From the NCBI GenBank assembly GCA_034660175.1, contig JAYEIQ010000009.1, forward strand, positions 9,726 to 73,725: 64,000 nt of DNA, read 5' to 3'. This DNA comes from Patescibacteria group bacterium (GTDB lineage: Bacteria; Patescibacteriota; Minisyncoccia; Moranbacterales; DUUL01). Under the pieces are notes generated by a model. The model was not told the DNA's origin. It searched no databases and saw only the letters and a list, made by a program, of their open reading frames with translations. A program made the translations under genes and the position numbers. Below are positions 48,094 through 58,713 of this stretch, piece by piece (within the stretch, counting starts at the first letter, position 1; every line of letters begins with the position of its first letter).

Positions 48094-49212
48094 ATGAAAC
48101 TATCTATTGTGCTGCCAACATTTAATGAGAGAGAAAATGTAGAGCCATTGCTCAATAGACTTTTTTATGTGATGGAAGAATTTAGTGGAGAATTTGAGAT
48201 TCTTTTTATAGATGACAGCACAGATGATACACCTGAAATAATCAAGGGTCAGATTGAAAAATACTCAGAAATTAGAATGATTCATCGCGTTGGAGACGAA
48301 TGCACCGGTTTGGCCACGGCATTTATACGTGGTTTTGAGGAGGCGCAAGGAGAGTACATTCTTTGCATGGATACTGACTTGCAGCATCCTCCTGAGAAGG
48401 CACCAGAGCTTCTCAGGAAGGCCATAGACGAAGAGGCTGATGTTGTTGTTGGTTCAAGATATATCAAGGGTGGGAGCGCAATTGGGCTTGGAAGCCTGAA
48501 AACTTTATATGGTATCTATCGTCGTGCTGTTTCTGTTGGATTGAAATATTTTATTCAGATTATTTTTATTCCAATAAGAAAAACAACAGATCCTGGCAGT
48601 GGTTTTTTTCTTTTCAGAAAAAGCATTCTGTCTGACGTGGAGCTTCAGCCAAAAGGTTTCAAAATTTTGATAGAGGTGCTTATGAGAGCAAAATATAGAA
48701 AAGTATCTGAAATTCCTATTGTTTTTGCAGTTAGGGAAAATGATGACAGTAAGGCGACTATTGGTCAAGGAATTGAATTTCTCAGACATGTATGGTTTAT
48801 CTTTCGCACAGTACCTGAAGCTGGAAGATTTTTAAAATTTTGCATCGTTGGTTCCAGTGGTGTTGTGGTTAATCTTGGAATTTTAATTTTGCTGGTGGAG
48901 TTATTTTTGACAGCCGAAAGACCTGCCTATGTCATTGCGGTGGCAGTTTCAATTTTGACAAACTACTTTTTCAATTCATTTTTTACGTATGGAGATAAAA
49001 AATCCTCTTCTCGTGCCGAAAGCATGAGAAGGGTGCTGTATTATTATGCAATTTCGGTGGCAGTGATGCTCTTTAATTTTGCCATTTTCTCTCTCGGACT
49101 ATCTTTTGGATTGCACTATATTGTATCAGCAATGATTGGAATCTTGATTGCTACGTTGTTAAATTTCATTCTCGCAACAAAGCTTGTGTGGAAGTTGCCA
49201 GTCAAAGCCTGA
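48094..49212 (+). CDS. GT2 Dpm1-like polyprenyl-phosphate sugar synthase fused to a C-terminal GtrA-like 4-transmembrane-helix domain
   Basis: LSIVLPTFNEREN, IDDSTDDT and DTDLQHPPE catalytic motifs. The C-terminal 130 aa have four transmembrane helices (FLKFCIVGSSGVVVNLGIL). Confidence 0.75.
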   Translation: MKLSIVLPTFNERENVEPLLNRLFYVMEEFSGEFEILFIDDSTDDTPEIIKGQIEKYSEIRMIHRVGDECTGLATAFIRGFEEAQGEYILCMDTDLQHPPEKAPELLRKAIDEEADVVVGSRYIKGGSAIGLGSLKTLYGIYRRAVSVGLKYFIQIIFIPIRKTTDPGSGFFLFRKSILSDVELQPKGFKILIEVLMRAKYRKVSEIPIVFAVRENDDSKATIGQGIEFLRHVWFIFRTVPEAGRFLKFCIVGSSGVVVNLGILILLVELFLTAERPAYVIAVAVSILTNYFFNSFFTYGDKKSSSRAESMRRVLYYYAISVAVMLFNFAIFSLGLSFGLHYIVSAMIGILIATLLNFILATKLVWKLPVKA

Positions 49213-49239
49213 TAGCAAAATTATCTCAAAGAGTGAGAG

Positions 49240-51438
49240 TTAAAATTTTTCATATTTTCTTACCCTGGCGCCGTTGCCGGTTTTTTTGTCGGTAAAAGAT
49301 ATAAACAGTGTGTTTTGATGTGTTGCTATCGAAGGATCGCCCTTGCCGTTTCCCTTGGATATTAATCCGTCCGGATTATTCTGGTCGAAAAGAGGCATCC
49401 ACTCTTCTCCGTTCCATCTTTCAACTCTCATCAACCACATATCGCTTGCAACCACCTTCTTAGTCAATTTCCCTTTTCTCTCTCTGTCTTTTAGGCTTTG
49501 AGCGTTTTCCTTAAAATAAGAGTATGCAACATAGATGTTGTCTTTGTCGGTCAGTTTGTTTCCAACAGCAACACAGCTTTCTATGTTCCTGTTCGATGAT
49601 ACGATTCCATCTCCTATGTTTTCCCAGTTTGAACCATTCCATTTTGTTGCATAGGTATTTTTATTGTTTTTTCCGGTATAGATTAAGATCAATTCATTTT
49701 TCTGATTTATTGCCAAAGAGGGGCTGGATCCAGCAATTTTAGTAGCAGTGTCATCTCTGTGAAAATTGTCCGAAACGTCACTCCAACTTTCACCATCCCA
49801 CTTTTTAACTCTGATGTGATTATTGTTATCAAGATCTTCAAAGGCTATAAAAATCGAAGTGTCTCTCTTTGAAGCAACGATATCTACCTCTGCTGCTCTT
49901 TTCTCGCTGACAACTCCCTCTGGGAATTGGGCATCGGCAACATTGCTCCAGCTTCTGCCATCCCATTTTTTTATTTTAATTTGGCATGTTTTCCTACATT
50001 CGGTATCATCTTGATCTCCACTTCCAAATGCCGCATAGAGATATTTTTTCGACCTGTCGAATGTGAGTACCGGCTCACGTCCTCTCAACTTGGAAATAAG
50101 GCCCAATGGAGATTGTGCATCCGAAAGATCACTCCAGTTTCCGCCATCCCATTTTTTAACTCTCGCCCTTGCTCCATTTGCAAGATCCTCAAAAGCAACA
50201 TAAACAGCATTACCGTTGATTTCAAGATAGGGATCACAGCCCTTTTGTTTGCTGATTAGTCCTTTTTGATGCTTTTTGTCTGCAAGATCATGCCAATTCT
50301 TTCCGTCGTACATTTTTATGTGAGCGCTGTTATTATATTTTCCGTCCTGAAATGCAAGATAAACTTGTCCACTTTCAGAGACAGCAATATTTGTTTCTGT
50401 GCCCTTTAATTCGCTTATTTTTCCATTTTTATTATTCTGATCAATTAGATCATGCCATAAAATTTCACCTTTCAGTGGATTGATTGGAGCAAGTTCGGAT
50501 ATTTCAAGCGAATGGTGATCGCTAATTTTTCTGGTCAGTTCGAATTGTCCATTTTCCGCTTTTTTATAAGAAACAGTCATTTTTAGATCATCACCATTCA
50601 ATAGTAATTCAAATTCAGCAAAATTTCCAAGAGAGTCAATATCTGTTAAACCTGCAACCGAAATATACGGAATGCCACCTTCCTTCCTTAGAGAATTCCT
50701 CGAACTGTTTCCGCTTATGACGGCAACAACGTTGTTATGCTTTTCGAAGAGCTCAGTTAACTTATCTGCGTTATGAAAATCTTTTCCCCAGCCACTTTTG
50801 GTTGGAATTGGGACTGGGCTATAATGTGAAAAAACCAGCACCGGCATCTCTGTTGTAAGTTCTTTTTTTAACCAATCCAACTCTTTTTTTCCCAGTCTTG
50901 CTCCGTCATATTCCTTATCGGATGCAATTTTATAGTTATTGTCCATGATTATCAACCTGACTCCGTTCGTGTCTTTGGATGTATAGCTATAGTTTATGCT
51001 CAGAGCCTTTCGTACTTCTTCCTTGGAAAGGTGTTTTAAATCTTGATTTCCGATGCAATACAGCTTTTTACTTTTTACTTTTTTAAAAATATTATTGATC
51101 TCTTTGAGTTGTTTTAGGGATTTGTCTTTTGTTACGTGAGAACCTTTGACATAGTCTCCTCCGCCAATCACAATGTCAGGCCTATTTTCTGCGTTGAAAT
51201 ATGAAACAATGTTTTCTAATTGTTCTTTCGCAGAAGAATTGAGATGACTTCCCGTTCTGGTTTGATTGCCATACTCCAAGTCAGTTATATAACCAATTCT
51301 CAAAGCTTCAGAATTGTGTTTTTTATCAATTAGGAGCTGTGTCACAACAAACATGACAACAACAAACATGGCAAGATAGGCCACTACCTTCTTTGCAAGG
51401 CTAACCTTACTGTTAATTGGATTTTTTACTGAAAACAT
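49240..51438 (-). CDS. Membrane-anchored calcineurin-like metallophosphoesterase fused to about 7 beta-propeller-like repeats
   Basis: N-terminal transmembrane helix. LRIGYITDLEYG, GGGDYV and GNQD phosphoesterase motifs. Then about 60-aa repeats centred on KKWDGxxWSDLSD...G(L/V)IS, in 6-7 copies. Confidence 0.7.
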   Translation of the reverse strand: MFSVKNPINSKVSLAKKVVAYLAMFVVVMFVVTQLLIDKKHNSEALRIGYITDLEYGNQTRTGSHLNSSAKEQLENIVSYFNAENRPDIVIGGGDYVKGSHVTKDKSLKQLKEINNIFKKVKSKKLYCIGNQDLKHLSKEEVRKALSINYSYTSKDTNGVRLIIMDNNYKIASDKEYDGARLGKKELDWLKKELTTEMPVLVFSHYSPVPIPTKSGWGKDFHNADKLTELFEKHNNVVAVISGNSSRNSLRKEGGIPYISVAGLTDIDSLGNFAEFELLLNGDDLKMTVSYKKAENGQFELTRKISDHHSLEISELAPINPLKGEILWHDLIDQNNKNGKISELKGTETNIAVSESGQVYLAFQDGKYNNSAHIKMYDGKNWHDLADKKHQKGLISKQKGCDPYLEINGNAVYVAFEDLANGARARVKKWDGGNWSDLSDAQSPLGLISKLRGREPVLTFDRSKKYLYAAFGSGDQDDTECRKTCQIKIKKWDGRSWSNVADAQFPEGVVSEKRAAEVDIVASKRDTSIFIAFEDLDNNNHIRVKKWDGESWSDVSDNFHRDDTATKIAGSSPSLAINQKNELILIYTGKNNKNTYATKWNGSNWENIGDGIVSSNRNIESCVAVGNKLTDKDNIYVAYSYFKENAQSLKDRERKGKLTKKVVASDMWLMRVERWNGEEWMPLFDQNNPDGLISKGNGKGDPSIATHQNTLFISFTDKKTGNGARVRKYEKF

Positions 51439-53170
51439 CTTTCCAAGTTAATATTTTACTATCTTTCTCCTTCTTCTTTTCTTGAGAAAGTTTAAAACTT
51501 TTTTTATCATAGAGTAGTTCCCTTTTCGGCTCAACGTTCCGTACGGTAAGTGACTTGAATTCTCTTGATCCGGTCGTGACAAAGTTTTCTCGATAGTTTT
51601 CTGGTAGTTTCTTATTTTTTCGGGTGATAACAAAAAATTTGCAATCAAAAAGGTATTCATCGGAGCCAAAACTTTTAAATACTTTTTCGGGGTGATATAT
51701 TTTTCCCAGATATTTAATGCTGGATTTGCTTTGATAGTTCGAAAAATAATAACAGATATTTTTGTCTGGTTCAGCTTCTGATGTCATGTAAGTAATGCTT
51801 TCATTGATATGTCCATGAGTGATACGTTCTCTAAATGGTCTCATTTTGACATTTCGGAAGGACATTTCTTGTTTTTCGCCACTGCTTAGCGTTTTATAGA
51901 AAAAGATAAGGGCATATAAATTTGAAATGACGCCAAGTAGCACTATGAAGGCAGTAATTATCATGCCTGCTCTTTTTGTTTTAATTCTACAGAATAATTC
52001 AAAGCAATATGCTAAAACTAAAAAAGGCAAGGGGGCGATGGATAAAAAATAACGAGGTCTTTCCAATCTATCGAAAATTTTATAATATAATGCAAAAAAT
52101 ACCAAGGTCCAAATGATAGTCAATGCCATAAAGGATCTTTTCTTGCGTGACAGTTTCTTTCGTCTTTTCTTGAAAAACAATGCCGAACCAAAAAATATAA
52201 ACGAGAGAAGAAAGAATATCGTGCCTATTTTTTCGATATATGCTAATTCTTTGTCATTAAAAGAAGTGAGGGCCAGTGCATAGAACTCCCCTTCTCTTTC
52301 GATGACCTTTTGCAATTTAGCTAGAACTGGCTTTTCTTCTTTCTCAATTTGAAGATTTGCAACAAATCTTCTTATGTTATCTCCTTTGTTCGCAAAGTCA
52401 CTTATAATGACTGGTGAATACACGAGGATGAAAATTATTGCACTGGCAAACCAATACTTGAGTTTTATGTTCTTAGGACGGAAAAATAACCAAAAAATAG
52501 CAGTCAATAGGGGAAAACCGAAAAATGCGATTAAGTGCAACTGCGTCACAACTGCCAAGGCAAAAAAACAGACTAAGAGCCATAGACCGGCTTTGAGTTT
52601 GTCTTTTTCAAAGCTAGCTCTCCACATTCCTAAGATAAATAGCAATTCCCAAAAAATGAGCTGGTTGGTGTTCCAGGCAAATCGCGAATATTGAATCAGG
52701 ATAAATGAAAATGCAAACGTTGTCGTAATAGCCAGACTAATTTTTTTGTTAAAAAAGCAACGAGACAAAAGGAAAAAAATAAATATAGCCAATGTTGAAA
52801 AAAATAAATCCGGTACAGCAAAAACCCAAGGTTTTACACTTGAAAAAATAAGCGAAGAAAGGTATTGAAAATAATAGTAGATTGGGCCTAAGTGAAATTC
52901 ATCGCCTTTATTTTCGTTGTCAAGTTTGACTGTGTCTCCCATTCGAGGGCCAAGCAGACGCAAATCGCCGGGTCCTTTTTCAAAGGCTGTCTGTGCGAAA
53001 GTGGCATCCCTGATTTGATCAGATCTGACAAGCAAGAAGTCTTCGAAATTGTACACTCTCAGGAAAAACGAAAACATGACAATCACAGCTAGTAGCCACC
53101 AATGCCAGTTAGATCTGAAATGAAATTCAAATGAGTTTTTTTGTTCCCTTTCCTCTGTTCTGCTATTCAC
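51413..53170 (-). CDS. GT-C membrane glycosyltransferase, GT39/ArnT/PMT-like, paralog C
   Basis: VRSDQIRDA..LLGPRMGDT..LGPIYYY loop. K/E-rich linker then ILTWKDVF at the C-terminus. Overlaps the downstream phosphoesterase gene by 26 nt. Confidence 0.7.
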   Translation of the reverse strand: MNSRTEEREQKNSFEFHFRSNWHWWLLAVIVMFSFFLRVYNFEDFLLVRSDQIRDATFAQTAFEKGPGDLRLLGPRMGDTVKLDNENKGDEFHLGPIYYYFQYLSSLIFSSVKPWVFAVPDLFFSTLAIFIFFLLSRCFFNKKISLAITTTFAFSFILIQYSRFAWNTNQLIFWELLFILGMWRASFEKDKLKAGLWLLVCFFALAVVTQLHLIAFFGFPLLTAIFWLFFRPKNIKLKYWFASAIIFILVYSPVIISDFANKGDNIRRFVANLQIEKEEKPVLAKLQKVIEREGEFYALALTSFNDKELAYIEKIGTIFFLLSFIFFGSALFFKKRRKKLSRKKRSFMALTIIWTLVFFALYYKIFDRLERPRYFLSIAPLPFLVLAYCFELFCRIKTKRAGMIITAFIVLLGVISNLYALIFFYKTLSSGEKQEMSFRNVKMRPFRERITHGHINESITYMTSEAEPDKNICYYFSNYQSKSSIKYLGKIYHPEKVFKSFGSDEYLFDCKFFVITRKNKKLPENYRENFVTTGSREFKSLTVRNVEPKRELLYDKKSFKLSQEKKKEKDSKILTWKDVFSKKSN

Positions 53171-54233
53171 TTTTTTCCTTTATTTTCACACTGCTGTTGT
53201 TGCAAACCGCAGTTTCTTGATTTAAGGACATGGAAACAAGAGTTCCGTCTCTTTCTTCCACATAATAGACTTTGACCTTGGACTCATCGTTGGTAATGAT
53301 CACTTCGCTGAAAACACCTGCATCTTTAAATCTTTGATGTGCCTCCAGTCTCCTGTTGTCTTTATAGAAGCCTTGCAGCACATAATAATCAACGCCATCT
53401 GCTTCCAGTGCACAAAATTCTTCAATATGTCCAGAGAAGACTGCTCTTACTTGGTATTTCGAAAAAATAGCTCTTACTTCTTTCGCATTGAACATCATTT
53501 CGCTTTCATTTCTTCCAACGGCATCATCAATTGGTGGTTGATGAACAAAGACAATTTTAACAAAATCGTTGGATTTTTGCAGCAGCTTTTCGAGCCACCT
53601 CAGTTGTTTTTGATCTATGAATCCCTGATAGTATTTGTTTTCATCCGGACCAACCGGTCTTGGATCTTCTTCTGTTGATGGTTTGTAATTGCCATCAAGA
53701 ACAAATATCCTGTAACCATCAACATCAAAGCTATAATATGCCTTTTTGTAGCCAACGGTTTCTAGCCATTTTTCTTTTGGAAAATTATCCGCTTCATGAT
53801 TTCCCAAGACGTGATATTTTGGAGCATCAACCTGTTCGTATAATTCTTTGGCCAACAAAAAACTCTCGAAAGGCCGATCGTCTCTGCCATCAGTTAAATC
53901 ACCGCCCTCGATCACAAAATTTGGTTTAAACTCTTCATTCATTTGTCTGGCAAAAGCATTCAGCGGATCTTTGCATCGCCAGTTCGGTTCCCATTTTCCA
54001 TTTTCTTTATTTATCTTTGAATAGCAATGGGCATCGGTAATATAACCGATTCTCAACGGAGCAAGCTTTTTTTGTGTGGTCTTGCTTCTTGAGAAGATTT
54101 CTTCTTTTTCAGTTACAATTTTTTGGTTGTCAAAATATGAAAAAAATGCAAACCCAGTCAGCATAGCAATGGCAAACATAACAAGATATGGCCACAGCGA
54201 TCTTTCGCCATTTTTTTTATTCTCTTGAGTCAT
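53163..54233 (-). CDS. Membrane-anchored calcineurin-like metallophosphoesterase
   Basis: Transmembrane helix. LRIGYITDAHC, GGDLTDG and GNHE motifs. Paralogous to the N-terminal domain of 49240-51438. Confidence 0.75.
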   Translation of the reverse strand: MTQENKKNGERSLWPYLVMFAIAMLTGFAFFSYFDNQKIVTEKEEIFSRSKTTQKKLAPLRIGYITDAHCYSKINKENGKWEPNWRCKDPLNAFARQMNEEFKPNFVIEGGDLTDGRDDRPFESFLLAKELYEQVDAPKYHVLGNHEADNFPKEKWLETVGYKKAYYSFDVDGYRIFVLDGNYKPSTEEDPRPVGPDENKYYQGFIDQKQLRWLEKLLQKSNDFVKIVFVHQPPIDDAVGRNESEMMFNAKEVRAIFSKYQVRAVFSGHIEEFCALEADGVDYYVLQGFYKDNRRLEAHQRFKDAGVFSEVIITNDESKVKVYYVEERDGTLVSMSLNQETAVCNNSSVKIKEKSE

Positions 54234-54245
54234 CTTATGTTCAAA

Positions 54246-55769
54246 TTAATCATTATTAAGTTTTTCTTTCTCCCAATGCCAGATTTGAACCTTGTCGTTG
54301 GTATATTTTGTCTTGATCAGGGAAAATTCGTTTTTAATATGTTTTTTTGCGTCGCTTTTGATGTTGAATTCACCATCGGTGTTGATCAGCCAGAGTCCAT
54401 CATGTTTTTTCTGGATCTCCTCTAGTTTTTCGAGCGTTAATTTATTTCCAGCTCCATATTCCAAGATCTCTCTATTGGCGCCCTTGACATTGAAGCTCAT
54501 AAATTTACGCATAAGAATAGCTTCATCCGGGTCACTTTTTTTAAGGAAATAATTGTATGCTTCTCGGTAATTTGAGTAATCCCAATGCCTGGGATTTTGA
54601 TAGAAGCTGTCGGAAGAAATAAAAAAAGGAAGATTAATCAGGATGAGAATGAAATATGCCAATGTTAATTCAAGTGACAACTTGCTTCTGGAAAAAACTT
54701 TTTCCGAAACAATTTTTGCGACAAAGTATATTCCTGCTGCCATGATCACTACCTTGAATGGTTGGGTGAAATAGATATATTGATGTCCCGCACTTCTGTC
54801 CCAAAGAAAGATTGCCGAAAGAAGAGGAGTCAGAAAGGACAAGATTGTCCAGACTCCAACATTTCCATATTTTTTAATGAGATAATAGCAACCAAAAAAG
54901 AAAAATGTAAGTGCCAAAAGCTCGTGTCTATAGTCCAAGGAAATCTTTTCGAGATAGCTCCAAGTACTTTTTCCAAGTTCAAAGAAATTTGCTGCCTGTC
55001 CGAAAGTCTTCGTTTGTGACATTCCGGCAATCAACACTACCAACAAGCCCAAATACAGAAAGTATTTGTTCTTGCTGATCGCTAACTTTTTTTTGTGTGC
55101 AACGATTGCCATTATGACGAGATAGGCAATTATCGTGGAGACGATGTTGACAGTCAACAAATGAGTCAAGAGAGCCAAGACTCCCAGAAGGAGCATTAGT
55201 GGCAAATAAAAAAGGTTTAGTCCTGTCTTTCGGGAAAGATTAACGAGAATTTTTGGGACGGTTAAATATTTTTTTGATTCCAAGAATTGAAAGATAATAT
55301 AGGAAAAGAGAAAATATACAGGTGCAAACATTGAATACATGCGAAGTTTTCGGTCAAACATCAAGGCCGAGACGCTCATCGATAGCAAGAAAGCCGACAT
55401 TAACGCAATGTAGATATTTTTTGTGATCCAAAAAGTAACAAAAAAGATCGTGGCAACTCCAAGCAATCCCCACATGACACTTACCAAACGAGAATTTTGT
55501 TCTGTCGGCTCAAAAAATTTGAACAATTGGGCCACTTGCCAATAATAAACTTGTCCGCGCGTGTAGTCCCTGTCAGTTATTGTTTCGGAGTTGAAGTCCC
55601 AATATTTCCATTGCCCCGTTTGATGGAGTCCATAACTGACATTGATGCCAATATATTCATCGGCAATGAATGACTGGTTTCCGAGCTTGTATATACGAAG
55701 AAATCCCGCAAGTAGCAGGATTAGTAACAATATCAGCAAATGTTTTTTGGAAATGAAAAGTTTATTCAT
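54246..55769 (-). CDS. GT-C membrane glycosyltransferase, ArnT/PMT-like (GT39/GT83), DE-motif subtype
   Basis: FLRIYKLGNQSFIADEYIG first-loop DE motif, at least 11 transmembrane helices, 507 aa. A distinct subfamily from paralogs A-C. Confidence 0.7.
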   Translation of the reverse strand: MNKLFISKKHLLILLLILLLAGFLRIYKLGNQSFIADEYIGINVSYGLHQTGQWKYWDFNSETITDRDYTRGQVYYWQVAQLFKFFEPTEQNSRLVSVMWGLLGVATIFFVTFWITKNIYIALMSAFLLSMSVSALMFDRKLRMYSMFAPVYFLFSYIIFQFLESKKYLTVPKILVNLSRKTGLNLFYLPLMLLLGVLALLTHLLTVNIVSTIIAYLVIMAIVAHKKKLAISKNKYFLYLGLLVVLIAGMSQTKTFGQAANFFELGKSTWSYLEKISLDYRHELLALTFFFFGCYYLIKKYGNVGVWTILSFLTPLLSAIFLWDRSAGHQYIYFTQPFKVVIMAAGIYFVAKIVSEKVFSRSKLSLELTLAYFILILINLPFFISSDSFYQNPRHWDYSNYREAYNYFLKKSDPDEAILMRKFMSFNVKGANREILEYGAGNKLTLEKLEEIQKKHDGLWLINTDGEFNIKSDAKKHIKNEFSLIKTKYTNDKVQIWHWEKEKLNND

Positions 55770-55788
55770 GCTTTACAGTATGATAACA

Positions 55789-56312
55789 CTAATTATTTCC
55801 GTTTTCAAGAACAACACCGCGTTTTGATCTGGGTGTATATTTTTTCACAACTTTGATTCTTGCAAGTTGTTTTTCAATTTGAGAGACAACAGAAGCATAC
55901 TGAGTTTCATCAATATTTTTTTGTTTGTCTTGTTTCATTTTTTCAGCCATTTTTCTGGCTTTCTCAGCTCTTTCAAGACCGATTTCTTCAGCTCTTTCGG
56001 CGGTGTCTGCAAGAATTGTCAATTCATTTCCATGAAACTCAAGAAAGCCACCAGAAATAGCCATGGGTACAATCTTCTTTTCTTGCTGAGCTTCCACAAT
56101 TCCAGCTTTAATGTTGCTGATGATTGGCACATGATCGGGAAGGATGGTAATTTCTCCCATCTGTGTTGGAAGCGTAACCTGTCGAGCTTCTCCTTCAAAC
56201 ACGATTCGTTCTGGTGTTGTGATCTTGAGTTTAATCGTTTTCATGTAATGTCGATTTACGAAATGTTTTATTTCAGAAAAAACCAACTTGGAAGGTGCGT
56301 TGGTTTGGAACA

Positions 56313-56313
<1 letters not shown>
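55789..56313 (-). CDS. atpC: F1 ATP synthase epsilon subunit
   Basis: MKTIKLKITTPERIVFEGEARQVTLPTQMGEITILPDHVP. GTG at 56313 has a GAGGA Shine-Dalgarno sequence and overlaps the atpD TAG. A canonical N-terminus would start at ATG 56244, so the start is uncertain. A C-terminal K/E-rich extension is present. Confidence 0.75.
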
Positions 56314-57707
<1,394 letters not shown>

Positions 57708-57733
57708 TTAAAAGAAAATTATTATTTATGTTA

Positions 57734-58699
57734 TCAGTCTTCCAATGCCACTCTTCCAGAAGTGATTTCTGCGATTTCGCTAGTGATTCCCATCTGGCGT
57801 AATTGATTATATGTGTATTGGAGTCTTTGCATCATCTCTGAAGCTGCATCGTTAGCGTTTCTCATTGCCAACATTCTTGCTGATTCCTTGGATGCATTTG
57901 ATTCCAAAATTGCATGATAGAGTTGCATTTCAACAAGTCGAGGAAGAATTTGTTTCACAACAAGACGCGGATCTGGTTCGATCTTATAGTCTATTTCCTT
58001 TTCAAACTCTTCGAGGTCTTCCTCCGTTTCACTGCTCATTTCTTCAATTTGTTTCTCTAAGTCGATTTTTGAAAGTGGTAAAAGTTGTCTCAGTTTTGGT
58101 TCTTGGATAAGGGTGTTTCTGAAATCAGTATAAGCAACAACAACCTTGTCATATTTTTTTTCCACGTAGTCATCAATTACAATTTGTGCGAGGGGCCTGA
58201 CCAAATCAAAGGTTGGTGCATAATCCAAGTTCTCGAATGTGGCAATCACATTGTGACCTCTCGAGTTGAGATAATCAAAACCCTTTCTCCCAACTGTAAC
58301 AAAGTCATACTCAAGATCTTCATCTGCAATGCTTGAATAAATTCTTCTCGATCCAACTCGATTGATTTTCATCAAAGTTGGATTTTCAATTTGTCTCATG
58401 ATCTTTCTCGTGACCTGAGAATTGAATGCACCACACAGTCCTCTATTTGAAGAAATTAAGACAATCAAGATTCGCTTTACTTCTCTGACTTCCAGCAGTC
58501 CATGTTTGTATTTCCTGAAAGCACGAGAAAGGTTTGTTAAAACTGTCCATGCACTGTGAGCATAAGAACGAATTTGAAGAACTCTATTGATCTCTTTCTT
58601 CATTTTTGTGGCAGCAACCATTTCCATCGCGCGGGTTATTTTCTGCGTGTTTCTAATCGACTTCATTCTTCTTTGAATTTCTTTTGTGCTTGATGACAT
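57734..58699 (-). CDS. atpG: F1 ATP synthase gamma subunit
   Basis: N-terminal IQRRMKSIRNTQKITRAMEMVAATKM and C-terminal helix ITSEIAEITSG. Confidence 0.85.
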   Translation of the reverse strand: MSSSTKEIQRRMKSIRNTQKITRAMEMVAATKMKKEINRVLQIRSYAHSAWTVLTNLSRAFRKYKHGLLEVREVKRILIVLISSNRGLCGAFNSQVTRKIMRQIENPTLMKINRVGSRRIYSSIADEDLEYDFVTVGRKGFDYLNSRGHNVIATFENLDYAPTFDLVRPLAQIVIDDYVEKKYDKVVVAYTDFRNTLIQEPKLRQLLPLSKIDLEKQIEEMSSETEEDLEEFEKEIDYKIEPDPRLVVKQILPRLVEMQLYHAILESNASKESARMLAMRNANDAASEMMQRLQYTYNQLRQMGITSEIAEITSGRVALED

Positions 58700-58713
58700 T
58701 TTTCTCGTTTATT

